A model generated the notes under the pieces. That model was not told the origin of the DNA and did no database searches. It worked only from the letters and a program-made list of their open reading frames with translations. Made by a program: the position numbers and the translations under genes. Shown here piece by piece: positions 1-10,329 of a stretch of 64,000 nucleotides of DNA (its first letter is position 1; each line of letters opens with the position of its first letter). This stretch comes from Octopus sinensis (taxonomy: Eukaryota): the NCBI RefSeq assembly GCF_006345805.1, contig NC_042999.1:71796001-71860000 (forward strand), written 5' to 3'.

Positions 1-689
1 TTTTTTTCTCTCCACACCGCGCAGGTACATCGGAATCTACTATAACAGGATTGTTTAAAACATATACAAGGTATGTGATAGTATTCAATGGGAAGCGACT
101 AACAAAGATTGGAAGCAAAATAGATTAGATTCTATTAGCAGCTATTCGGGAAACGCGTTTTAGTTTTCACTCGATGACTGTGAAACCATCGTGTCTCCCT
201 GTGCATGCCAAGGTATCAGAATTAAACGCATCGGCAACAGTCATTATTAGATAATAAGGTACAATCGTCACAGTTTCGATTTCAGACAGTTCTTTGATTG
301 TTTGTTGATTAAAGAAGCGTCTACTTCTCGAATATTACAAACCTCTACTTAACCTTTATAGTATGCTTGTTTTTATAGATTTTCGCCTAAAAGGTAAAAG
401 GTTAACTAAAAACAACTGCAATGGAACAAAACGAAACACTCACTTTCGGCCCAATGGCATCAGGAAAGACACAAGATAATCTGTTCTGGAGTGAATAGTG
501 GCTAACGTGTTCTGGTGGAATGTATAGTTACCCCCCCCCCCAACACAGCCTCTCTATAATTTCATCGGAAATGTAAAGCTTATGAAATGCACACGATGTC
601 AATTCATTAAGTCTATCAGTAATGTACCTATAATTGAGCAAACCTATCGGTAATGTATCTGTGATGACAACTGGAAACAGCTGCAAGCT

Positions 690-1480
690 GTTAACTCTGT
701 GGAGATAACACCGAAGATATCCCCCACATCATAAGCAGTTGTCCGAAAATGTCATCATGAGACATGACGTTGTAGCTAGGACATTATAATGTAATCCGTT
801 GCAAAGATAACCCCGAGGACAAAGAAATAAGAACCCACAGTCTTGTAGAAGCCATAACCACTCATAATGAAAGGGAGTACTGGTAGAATGGCCTAGTGAA
901 GATTTCAATAAAATGCAAGCACAACAGACCTGATATAATGATTTGGGATGGAGAAGAGAAACTGTGTACAGTTGTGGAAATTAGCTACCCAGCTGATGTT
1001 AACATAAAGCTGAAGATCCGTGAAAAGAGAACACTTATGCTGAACTATTGAGAAATCTACAGTTACTCTATCCAGATTACAAGTTCAGGCTTATACCTGT
1101 AATTATTGGGGCTCTGGGATATGTAACGCACTGCCGCCTAAATACCAATCTTAAGATATTAGCCTTTACAAAATCAAAAATGAGAAAGCTAATTCGAAGA
1201 CTATAGATTCAATTCATCATTGGAACTGTAAAAAATCTTTCCAGACGTTTATCATTTAAATATATATGAGCATGTCTAGATATGTAACTATATGCATGAG
1301 AATACATACAAAAAGCAAAACATACAAATCTGCAGATACATATATACATATTTACATACAAAGAAAAATACCCGGTTGTTGATGAAGAAATTCCAATGAA
1401 GGCGCCTTGAATCTAGTTTAGAAACCGGTTCTTTCTCTATTAGCAAGAAAGCTTGAAATAAAACTGAACAGTGAGATACA
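690..1480 (+). mobile_element. 3' remnant of an RLE-type (R2/R4/NeSL-like) non-LTR retrotransposon, frameshifted
   Basis: Manual translation gives LCGDNTEDIPHIISSC (zinc knuckle remnant), RHDVVA, NRPDIMIWD...VVEISYP (PD-(D/E)xK nuclease) and IPVIIGALG. The 3' UTR runs into (TACA)n. A homologous copy lies at 63600-63985 (-). Confidence 0.75.
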
Positions 1481-1530
1481 TACACACATACATGCATGCA
1501 TACATACATACATACATACATACATACAGA
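1480..1530. repeat. (TACA)n microsatellite at the 3' end of the RLE element
   Basis: Direct reading of tandem TACA units. Confidence 0.9.
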
Positions 1531-2171
1531 TAAGCAGGTCCTATCTTTTTTTTTACTGCCAGCCCAATTTTAAGCACCAATTCCAAAACTACAGCAATTC
1601 TTAGTTTTGAAGTGGCATACTAAATTATTGATCGGTAATTATGGAACAGATATTTGGTTGTTGCATCTATCTTTTAGTGAAGACTGTGTTAGCAACATGA
1701 CTTAGCTGCCCAAATAAGGACAATTAAAGAAGAAAAATCTCATAGCAATTCAAACTTCTTTAAAATATCTGGAGGGAAAGTGAATGATTACCATAAACCA
1801 ACGTGAACATATCCTACATATCAAAATATTTTTGCTTGAAAGACATTGGAAAAATAATTCGTTAAATGAAAACATTTTAAAGAATGTTTATATACATGAA
1901 GTTTGACTATTTTCAAAAATGTCTTATATGTACATTGTCTTTTGATGTTTCCCAATTTTCTTTCAATAATGCATATGCGATAGTTTCCCTTGAAACAAGA
2001 ATATTTATGTGGTTTAAAAATCAGGAACATTCTTTTATTCCTGACACAGCTTCTAAATATTTGATTTATCGTTCAAGATAAGAGACATTTATTTCTTTAA
2101 AGTTTTTGAATAGACGTAGCTGACATTTACAATTCAGATTACCGATATTAATTATCAAGCTTTTCCTACAG

Positions 2172-2279
2172 GCTGCCTGCCACACGAATTCCAGTGCAAT
2201 GAAACAAACTGTGTTGATTTGGTAAAAAGATGTGATACAGTGCAAGACTGTGATGCAGGGGAAGATGAAATTAACTGCG
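2172..2279 (+). CDS. Internal exon encoding an LDL-receptor class A (LDLa) module
   Basis: Acceptor ttttcctacAG, donor GTAAGT, 108 nt, phase 1-1. Translation GCLPHEFQCNETNCVDLVKRCDTVQDCDAGEDEINC has six Cys and the acidic DC-x-x-x-EDE-x-x-C motif. Confidence 0.93.
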
Positions 2280-2772
2280 GTAAGTGGAATCTTTTGTACT
2301 TCAAAGATTTATGTCGTTTCTCTGTATATTTATACACGCACGCAATGGCCAGCAAGGACGCACGGCAATACACACACATACGTACACATAAACGCCCTCA
2401 CACATACACATACATACATACGCGCGCGAGCATATATATGTACATATATATATATACACATACCTATATATATATATAATTATGCGCGTATAAATTTTAG
2501 ATATTATTTACATTATTTAAAGTAAAAGAAAATATAGATAGATTATATGTATTTTGATAAATAGGTATAAATTTCTGTGCATTATTCAGATATAACTGTG
2601 CACTTATACCCACTGTTTCTTTCCTTCATTCTCCACTCTTCAGTCACACGCGTGTACACATTCACATGCACTCACACAAGCATAGTGTAAGAGAGAAGAG
2701 AGGGAGAGAGAGAATACAATCATACATATATATATACACACATATATATGTATATGTATATATATATATATT

Positions 2773-2812
<40 letters not shown>

Positions 2813-3288
2813 CATATATATATACTTATACATACACAACACATACACACAAGCTCACAAAATGCAGGCCACCTTTTGTTTCGCTTCTATAATAGGTTTT
2901 TCCTGTTTTCTGTGTACAATTTTATTCTTAACATTCTAAGCAGGTTCATACGCAAAATATACTGGTCGCTGTTGTGTATGCCATAAAATAAATAACTTCT
3001 TTTTACGACCGAAAAATGTGTGCAACACGTCAGCTGACTACCACATACCATTCTGCGGCTCATGTCAAAACACCAGTGTACCGCCACTGAGGTGTGTTGA
3101 ACACACTTCCATCGTGAAAGTGAGATGTTACTCACATATGACATGCACTTTTAGCGACACTCTTTTTTGCGTTTGAACCCACTCAGACATGTTAATTATA
3201 AATATGCAAACAATCGCTCCAGATCTCGAAGTACACGGTACAAATAACGATATTCTAGTTGTAATGAAACATCGATGGAAATTGGCCT

Positions 3289-3466
3289 GGTGGCACGTAA
3301 AAACAGCACCCACTACACTCTCAGAGTGGTTGGCGTTAGGAAGGGCATCCAGCTGTAGAAACACTGCCAGATCAGACTGGAGCTAGTTGCAGCCTCCTGG
3401 CTTCCCAGGCCCCAGTCGAACCATTCAACCTATTCCAGCATGGAAAATGGACATTAAACAATGATG
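3289..3466 (+). mobile_element. RTE-tail-derived SINE-like/LINE 3' fragment
   Basis: Matches the reverse complement of 19490-19650 (gagtggttggcgttaggaagggcatccagctgtagaaacactgcc) and ends in ttaaacaatgatg. Confidence 0.75.
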
Positions 3467-3994
3467 CACTGGTCAAGTAGAAAAACGATGACTGATAAAA
3501 AATTGGCTTGTCTTTTGGTACCAAAAGAGTGAAGAAAGAGAGTAGAGAAGGTTAGGGAAGAGCAAGTAGGAAGAAAGATAGAGTGCTGAGAAATAAGGGA
3601 ATAAAAATAGACAGTAGGTAGTTGACAGAGATGGACAGAGGAAGAAATGGAAGGCAGTAAAGAGAGCAAAGCAGCAGATAGGTAGAGAGGTAGATAGATG
3701 GGAGAGGAGAAGGACAGAGAAATAGATAGGAAAGAGAGACAGTCTTGCACCAAATATTGAACATTGTATAGGGTACCACGGAGTGGGAACAGAAGTGTGT
3801 GACATTACATTGACTAACAGCCATAAAATGTTACAAAGAAAGTCAACACACGCACATATATAAGGATGAAGTAAATTGTTGTATACAGTGCTCAGGTGCA
3901 CTACAACTAAAAAGAAAAAAATGGCCATCAGGTGTACTGTTTGCGGATTTCAGGACACATGGAAATTTTTAAGGATGTTGTGTAGTTTTCGACC

Positions 3995-4135
3995 GACTTT
4001 CCAGGAAGTTAGGAAAATCTCGGAATTTCAATGAAATCCTCAGAACTTTCCAGGAACTTTCCCAGTAATTTTCCAGGAAGTTGGGAAATCCCCGGAACTT
4101 TCCATAAAATCTCGGAACTTTCCAGGAAGTTCCCT
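3995..4135. repeat. Degenerate ~10-11 bp minisatellite of GGAA(C/G/T)TTTCC-like units
   Basis: Repeated ggaactttcc, ggaagttccc, gggaaatcccc and cggaatttc motifs. Confidence 0.6.
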
Positions 4136-4539
4136 ATAAATGTTTTAGGAAGTAATGATAGTACTGCAGCCATTCTACAGGACCGCCTTAATGTATTTTC
4201 AATTAGGTTTTGTTGCTTCTTCACTGGAAGGTGGTCTACGATTGAGTTTTCTAGCAGCTGTTCTCCTCAGAATGTGTCATCCTTGAATGGTTGACTTCTA
4301 AGGTATCGTTAAGAGTTCATCTAATGAGGAGGGGTGTTTTAATGTTTCAGTAGATGTCTCTTTTATATTTCTTTTAATTTAGAATGGTAGTTGAACAGTT
4401 AAGGGAACTTTAAATGTCAGATTGTTACTATAGAGTATTTTAGCCCATTTCGAAGGTAGTATATTTGCAAGCTTAGAGTATATAAATGTTCGTGCATTAA
4501 AACTCTCTCCACTGCCGAAGTTTGGAACATGTCCCTCCA

Positions 4540-4827
4540 CAGTTCTATATTTTAGAGATGAGGAATTATATACCTTATTTACATTATTTATATTCGATGG
4601 ATATTTGTCCTCATCTTGTTTGTTGTTAACACAACGTTTCGGCTGATATACCCTCCAAGCCTTCTTCAGGTATCTTGGGGAAGTTTCGAATCTGTGTTCT
4701 CATTCCTAACATATTTTTCAATGTCATTATTGTTGTTGTTGTTAGTGTTCAGGTCACTGCTTGGAATCGAACTTGGAATCTTTGGGTTAGTAGCCCGCGC
4801 TCTTAGCCACTACGCCATATGTTCCCC
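4540..4827 (-). mobile_element. Non-autonomous element with a tRNA-like Pol III head followed by a hammerhead-containing PLE-like segment
   Basis: Minus strand: A-box TGGCGTAGTGG, anticodon-like arm ggg-ctactaa-ccc, B-box AGTTCGATTCC (4752-4827), an (AAC)n linker, then CTGAAGA..GAAAC. Confidence 0.7.
4628..4674 (-). ncRNA. Minimal type I hammerhead ribozyme motif (PLE-type)
   Basis: gauac-CUGAAGA-A-ggcu(13-nt loop)agcc-GAA-ACGU-U-guguu. Stem II is 4 bp, stem III is the palindrome ACGU, the triplet is GUU, and stem I is 5 bp with two wobbles. Confidence 0.7.
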
Positions 4828-5085
4828 AATGTCGTCCAGAGCGAGCTCTGGTAATAATAGCGACGAATGTGGGCTGGTAGCTGTGTACATTCGCCCCAAT
4901 GTCGCCCAGAGCGAGCTCTGGTCACCATAGCATCTCCACTAAATTTATTCTGTCCAGTTACGTATCTGTATAGTGGTCATTTGCAAACTCCAGAGGTGAC
5001 ACTTTCACTTCTCCTTGTCGACTGTGGGCTGGTAGCTGTGGACGGTGAAACCAACGTCGCCCAGAGCGGGCTCTGGCTTGTATGA
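4825..5085. repeat. Three dispersed copies of a ~25-bp hairpin motif
   Basis: aa(t/c)gtcg(t/c)ccagagcg(a/g)gctctgg at about 4828, 4898 and 5053. Two copies are preceded by tgtgggctggtagctgtg. Confidence 0.7.
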
Positions 5086-5402
5086 TGCTATAGCAGAAGA
5101 CACATGCCAAGTTACCACACAGTGGGACTGAACTAAGGACCAAATGTTTTGGAACCAAGTTTGTTACCACACAGCCACACCTGCACCTGTGTGTGTGGGT
5201 GGGTGTATCAGTATGTGTGTATGGGTGTGTATATGTATGCATGTATAGCTGTGTATATATATATGTGTACATGTTACATGTACATCTATATATACATCTA
5301 GACATACATGTTTACATATACATGTATATCTATAGAAATACATCTATACATGTACAGCTATACCTATACATAAGTATATATACATGTATTTATATATGTA
5401 TG

Positions 5403-5434
<32 letters not shown>

Positions 5435-5493
5435 CATGTATATATATTTTTTACATATATACACATATATATATGTATTTATATATATACATT

Positions 5494-5544
<51 letters not shown>

Positions 5545-5547
5545 CTA

Positions 5548-5729
5548 GTCGTCATGATAGATCGTTAGCCACTACACACATTTTTTTCTTTCCTTGTTTT
5601 TTCTGTGTCCCTTTCTGTAGAGGAGCGTAGGTTCGAAACGTAAAAGACTTTTCTATTCCTGATAGTTGTACTAATACATCTGATTTTTATAGACCACTTG
5701 TCTTCGTCTTTTGCTTTTTCGTAAGGTCT

Positions 5730-5735
<6 letters not shown>
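5548..5735 (+). mobile_element. PLE-terminal-like repeat fragment with a hammerhead-like motif
   Basis: Homologous to 30395-30660 and flanked by (AT)n. Contains cttt-CTGTAGA-G-gagc-gtag-gttc-GAAACGTA-aaag. Confidence 0.6.
5611..5646 (+). ncRNA. Hammerhead-like motif with a variant core (A6U)
   Basis: Stem I cuuu/aaag, stem II gagc/guuc, palindromic ACGU stem III, GUA triplet. The core reads CUGUAGA instead of CUGANGA. Confidence 0.4.
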
Positions 5736-5785
<50 letters not shown>

Positions 5786-5823
5786 TATATATATATTATA
5801 TATATATATATGTGTATATGTAT

Positions 5824-5881
<58 letters not shown>

Positions 5882-5895
5882 CATATATGTATATG

Positions 5896-5937
<42 letters not shown>

Positions 5938-6039
5938 TATATATATATGTATGTATATATATATGTATATGTATGTGTATATATATATATATGCATTTAT
6001 ATATATATGTATGTATATATATGTATTTATATATATCTG

Positions 6040-6086
<47 letters not shown>

Positions 6087-6097
6087 ATATATATAAC

Positions 6098-6149
<52 letters not shown>

Positions 6150-6150
6150 G
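5735..6150. repeat. Long interrupted (AT)n microsatellite
   Basis: Direct reading. It produces spurious IY-rich ORFs. Confidence 0.95.
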
Positions 6151-6367
6151 AGAGAGTGAGATATCTATATATCTATATGTTTCTATAGTAAAGAAAAATA
6201 AGTTGGCTAGCAGCAAGCTGTTTCGCCTCATACCGAAGGAATTAGAAATGGCAGTCAAAGACCGTTTTTTCCATTTCTATAAGTGGAGATTCCAAAAACG
6301 AAGGCCCTTGGGGCTCACATACACAAAACCGGAGTGGCAAATATACGAATTCAGTCACTTACCGTTA

Positions 6368-6439
6368 ATAGCGAACACGGTGTTTCTAGATCACAAACAT
6401 ATAAAAAAAGGGGAGTTTGAATTCCGTCATCAGCGCTAT
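6368..6439 (-). ncRNA. Type I hammerhead ribozyme fold, array copy 1
   Basis: AUAGCG-CUGAUGA-cggaauucaaac(16-nt loop)guuugugaucua-GAA-ACACCGUGU-U-CGCUAU. Predicted cleavage between + positions 6374 and 6373. Confidence 0.78.
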
Positions 6440-6921
6440 ATTCGACAGCTTTATCAATTGCCACCAGCCCTCACTTCTGACCCAGCGACATCAGATAGTG
6501 GGGGGAAGTGCGCAGATGTTAAAACCAAGTAACGACTGGGAACGTGAATTTTCCCTCCAAAATTCTGCCATGCGCGCCTTCTGGGTATCGTAATGGAATG
6601 AGGAATCCACATGGTAATACAATAAAAATGGTAAATAATTTTCCTGTGGTTTTTCATGTAACCAACAATTATTTACCGGTAAATTTCGGTATGTAAATAC
6701 GACAAAATAATTGTCAAGACCTTTGTAAGGTTCAGTATATAGTAAAGAAAAATAAGTTGGCTAGCAGCAAGCTGTTTCGCCTCATACCGAAGGAATTAGA
6801 AATGGCAGTCAAAGACCGTTTTTTCCATTTCTATAAGTGGAGATTCCAAAAACGAAGGCCCTTGGGGCTCACATACACAAAACCGGAGTGGCAAATATAC
6901 GAATTCAGTCACTTACCGTTA

Positions 6922-6993
6922 ATAGCGAACACGGTGTTTCTAGATCACAAACATATAAAAAAAGGGGAGTTTGAATTCCGTCATCAGCGCTAT
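6922..6993 (-). ncRNA. Type I hammerhead ribozyme fold, array copy 2
   Basis: Identical to copy 1. Confidence 0.78.
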
Positions 6994-7476
6994 ATTCGAC
7001 AGCTTTATCAATTGCCACCAGCCCTCACTTCTGACCCAGCGACATCAGATAGTGGGGGGAAGTGCGCAGATGTTAAAACCAAGTAACGACTGGGAACGTG
7101 AATTTTCCCTCCAAAATTCTGCCATGCGCGCCTTCTGGGTAATCGTAATGGAATGAGGAATCCACATGGTAATACAATAAAAATGGTAAATAATTTTCCT
7201 GTGGTTTTTCATGTAACCAACAATTATTTACCGGTAAATTTCGGTATGTAAATACGACAAAATAATTGTCAAGACCTTTGTAAGGTTCAGTATATAGTAA
7301 AGAAAAATAAGTTGGCTAGCAGCAAGCTGTTTCGCCTCATACCGAAGGAATTAGAAATGGCAGTCAAAGACCGTTTTTTCCATTTCTATAAGTGGAGATT
7401 CCAAAAACGAAGGCCCTTGGGGCTCACATACACAAAACCGGAGTGGCAAATATACGAATTCAGTCACTTACCGTTA

Positions 7477-7548
7477 ATAGCGAACACGGTGTTTCTGGAT
7501 CACAAACATATAAAAAAAGGGGAGTTTGAATTCCGTCATCAGCGCTAT
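7477..7548 (-). ncRNA. Type I hammerhead ribozyme fold, array copy 3
   Basis: As copy 1, but with G-C instead of G-U at the second position of stem II (tttctgga versus tttctaga on +). Confidence 0.8.
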
Positions 7549-8031
7549 ATTCGACAGCTTTATCAAATGCCACCAGCCCTCACTTCTGACCCAGCGACAT
7601 CAGATAGTGGGGGGAAGTGCGCAGATGTTAAAACCAAGTAACGACTGGGAACGTGAATTTTCCCTCCAAAATTCTGCCATGCGCGCCTTCTGGGTAATCG
7701 TAATGGAATGAGGAATCCACATGGTAATACAATAAAAATGGTAAATAATTTTCCTGTGGTTTTTCATGTAACCAACAATTACTTACCGGTAAATTTCGGT
7801 ATGTAAATACGACAAAATAATTGTCAAGACCTTTGTAAGGTTCAGTATATAGTAAAGAAAAATAAGTTGGCTAGCAGCAAGCTGTTTCGCCTCATACCGA
7901 AGGAATTAGAAATGGCAGTCAAAGACCGTTTTTTCCATTTCTATAAGTGGAGATTCCAAAAACGAAGGCCCTTGGGGCTCACATACACAAAACCGGAGTG
8001 GCAAATATACGAATTCAGTCACTTACCGTTA

Positions 8032-8103
8032 ATAGCGAACACGGTGTTTCTGGATCACAAACATATAAAAAAAGGGGAGTTTGAATTCCGTCATCAGCGC
8101 TAT
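8032..8103 (-). ncRNA. Type I hammerhead ribozyme fold, array copy 4 (5'-most on the minus strand)
   Basis: Same as copy 3. Array homology ends at 8110, 7 nt beyond stem I. Confidence 0.8.
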
Positions 8104-8149
8104 ATTCGACATATATACATACATATATATATATATACTTTGATTCTTT

Positions 8150-8263
8150 GATAGGGTTCGGCCATTATTGGCCCAGGCCATGTCTAACTTAATAGCACCA
8201 CCTGGTGCTTAATAGCACCACCTGGTGCTTAATAGCACCACCTGGTGACTTAATAGCACCACC
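8150..8263 (-). mobile_element. 3' UTR fragment of the CR1/L2-like LINE seen at 58030-60262, with a 20-bp unit repeated ~3.7 times
   Basis: ttggcccaggccatgtctaacttaatagcaccacctgg is shared with about 58063-58100. cttaatagcaccacctggtg starts at 8188, 8208 and 8228, with a partial copy at 8249. Confidence 0.75.
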
Positions 8264-8430
8264 GAATACTCCAAATCACATAGGCAAGTTTGAAGATTGC
8301 CTCACAAGAATTTAAAAAATCCTCATGAATCTAGAACACCACGTGACCATATTTCTCATGGGTGATTTCAACTTCCCCAACGTTAAATGGCCCGAAGGTC
8401 TCATACTCTCGGGAATGAATCATTGCAAGC
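8258..8430 (+). mobile_element. APE endonuclease fragment of a LINE ORF2
   Basis: Translation PPNT...KFEDCLTRI...IFLMGDFNFPNVKW matches the APE (YR)PP and GDFN motifs. Confidence 0.7.
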
Positions 8431-8959
8431 ATGTACAGGTGGAGTTCAAGTTATATCTTGATATCGCTACTGATAACAATACTTAAAATATATAACAGAC
8501 TCGAATTGTAGGCCCGTATCTTGCAATTTCGATCAATTGGATCTTGTCCTCCCTCTTGTATAGAAGTGTACGGCTACAGCAAAATTCATTTTTGGACTTT
8601 CTTCTATCGAAGGCATTTTAACAGAAATGCTTCCGTAATGACGGTGAAAATATTGTCAATTTCCCCAAACAGGGACACAATTCAATTTTTAAACAATAAC
8701 CAAAGCCCCTTCTCCGAAAGGGGCAGGGTTACAGTTCACAATTATTTAACAAATGCAACACAACAACGTTTACCTGACGAGGAACCAACAAACGTGATTA
8801 CAATAGTCAAACAGTAATAATAATAGCAACAAACCTTTTTAATTTATCACCATTTATGTGAAACTACTTATTCAAGTTCAAGTCATTGATGCAATTTTAT
8901 ACGAATTGCTAATACGCACACACATAATAAGGGTGAAAAATTGAATATTTATTTGATTA

Positions 8960-9340
8960 ATATGAATTGAAAACCAGTAGTGTAGCATATAAGACCATAG
9001 CGGATCTTCTAGCAAAATGAATGACCACTGTTAATGGTTCATCCCTGTTATATAATACTTTCACTTTAATAGTTTCAGTATTAAAGTGAATGTCTGCATT
9101 ACAATAGAGAGATGTTTTTGTTTCACTTTTAACACGTAATACTGAAATAGTGGAGAAGATATGATATTGCTGTGGGGTCGCCCTAGGGAAAAAGTTAAAT
9201 TTTTTTGCCGATGACACTCCCCGGATCTTAAGTAAGGCAAGTGTAAAATTTGAATGAAATTGGTTGTGTAGTTCTCAAGTTTTAGGGAAACACACAGACA
9301 GACAGACAGACACACATTCTCAGTTTTATATATAGAGAGA
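8960..9340 (-). mobile_element. Non-autonomous Helitron-like element, 5' portion
   Basis: The minus strand starts A|TCTCTCTATATATAAAACTGAG, then (TCTG)n, then aactacacaaccaatttcattcaaattt, typical of Helitron-like 5' ends. I did not find the 3' CTAG end, so the left boundary is approximate. Confidence 0.55.
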
Positions 9341-9613
9341 TTTCTTAAAAATAAATTATCCTCTAAATTATAATTGTCAATTAATTGTGATTTTTTTTCA
9401 ATTAGTCATCAATGAATTTTCGTCAGTTTTACGTTTTACTTTGTTAGGCTTTCTCATTGGATCACCCTATCTAATGCGTACAGGTTTAGTTTCATATAAT
9501 CTGTCGCTCTTACTCCATTCGTATATATGCTCTCTTTTCCTTTCAGCTCTGAATTTTCTCCTCTCTTTTTCTCTTTCTTCTCTCTCGCTCTTTCTCTCTC
9601 TCTTTCTCTCTAG

Positions 9614-9662
<49 letters not shown>

Positions 9663-10329
9663 GCACACACAGTATATGTATATGTATGTGTGCGTGTATT
9701 TGTGTCTACGTATGTGCTCGTCTGTGTGCGCACAAGTTTATGAGGGATTTCTGAATTTCTCTTTTTAACACGAATAATTTTCTAGCCGTTCCACTTTTCG
9801 ATTAGGAGAATTATATTTGTGTGAATGACTATTGACTATGATCGATATGAAAGTATAAAAAGATATAAAAAGGAAAACGAATATATGTACGAGAATCGAA
9901 ACTTCCAACAGGACCCCAGCTGACTGGAGCGAGATAATATATTACAGTCCATCTCTCAGAAGAAACCTTTAGGTGATGATTTTATGACATATTAAATGAA
10001 TTATATTACTAGAATCATTTACTGAGAAGGAACATAGAACTTGAAAACAAAGTATTTATTACAAAGAATATATCGCATAGTGTCTAAGTGCGAGTTGTAC
10101 AGAGAAATAATGGCCAAATTAATAATACTTACCTATGAATAATTGAGAAGTCTTATGTCAGAGAAGTGATAATTTTTGTGAAACGAGAAATGAAATCGTA
10201 AAATGGATTAGTGTATATAGTGGACAAGAGACATTTTCATAATGTAAAATATTATTTCCTTTCTGAATATTTTAGTATGACACGATTGTATTGCTTTCAA
10301 CTGTTAGCCCAAAACCAGCAATTTCAGAG

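Larger units (their letters stand above)
6184..8110 (-). mobile_element. Tandem array of ~3.5 near-identical 554/555-bp units, each with a hammerhead ribozyme (retrozyme-like element)
   Basis: The motif ttggctagc recurs at 6203, 6757, 7312 and 7867 (periods 554, 555, 555). Units differ at only about 4 positions, and both flanks are AT-rich microsatellite. Confidence 0.9.

Noticed and set aside
1370-1440. ttgatgaag...gaaaccggtt in the RLE element 3' UTR as a hammerhead
   Set aside because: The ACCGGT palindrome is present but stems I and II do not pair.
4752-4827. Functional tRNA gene (also heads at 17512, 23411, 49250)
   Set aside because: Acceptor stems and cloverleaves are incomplete, and each head continues into a repeat body, so these are SINE heads.
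4860-4935. HDV-like ribozyme suggested by ctgggcgacatt...ggcgaatg on the minus strand
   Set aside because: I could not find the P2 5' strand, P3/L3 or P1 needed for the nested double pseudoknot.
6757-7086. 109-aa ORF repeated in each array unit (+ strand)
   Set aside because: It begins at TTG, has no recognisable domain and lies antisense to the hammerheads. Its repetition only reflects the DNA repeat.
6374-8037. Endless ORF on a 555-nt (3x185) circle
   Set aside because: The ORF track shows no long ORF spanning units on either strand, which a stop-free frame containing any start codon would have produced.
6184-8110. CRISPR array or phage-like repeats
   Set aside because: Units are whole 555-bp duplicates with no unique spacers, in a eukaryotic intronic context.
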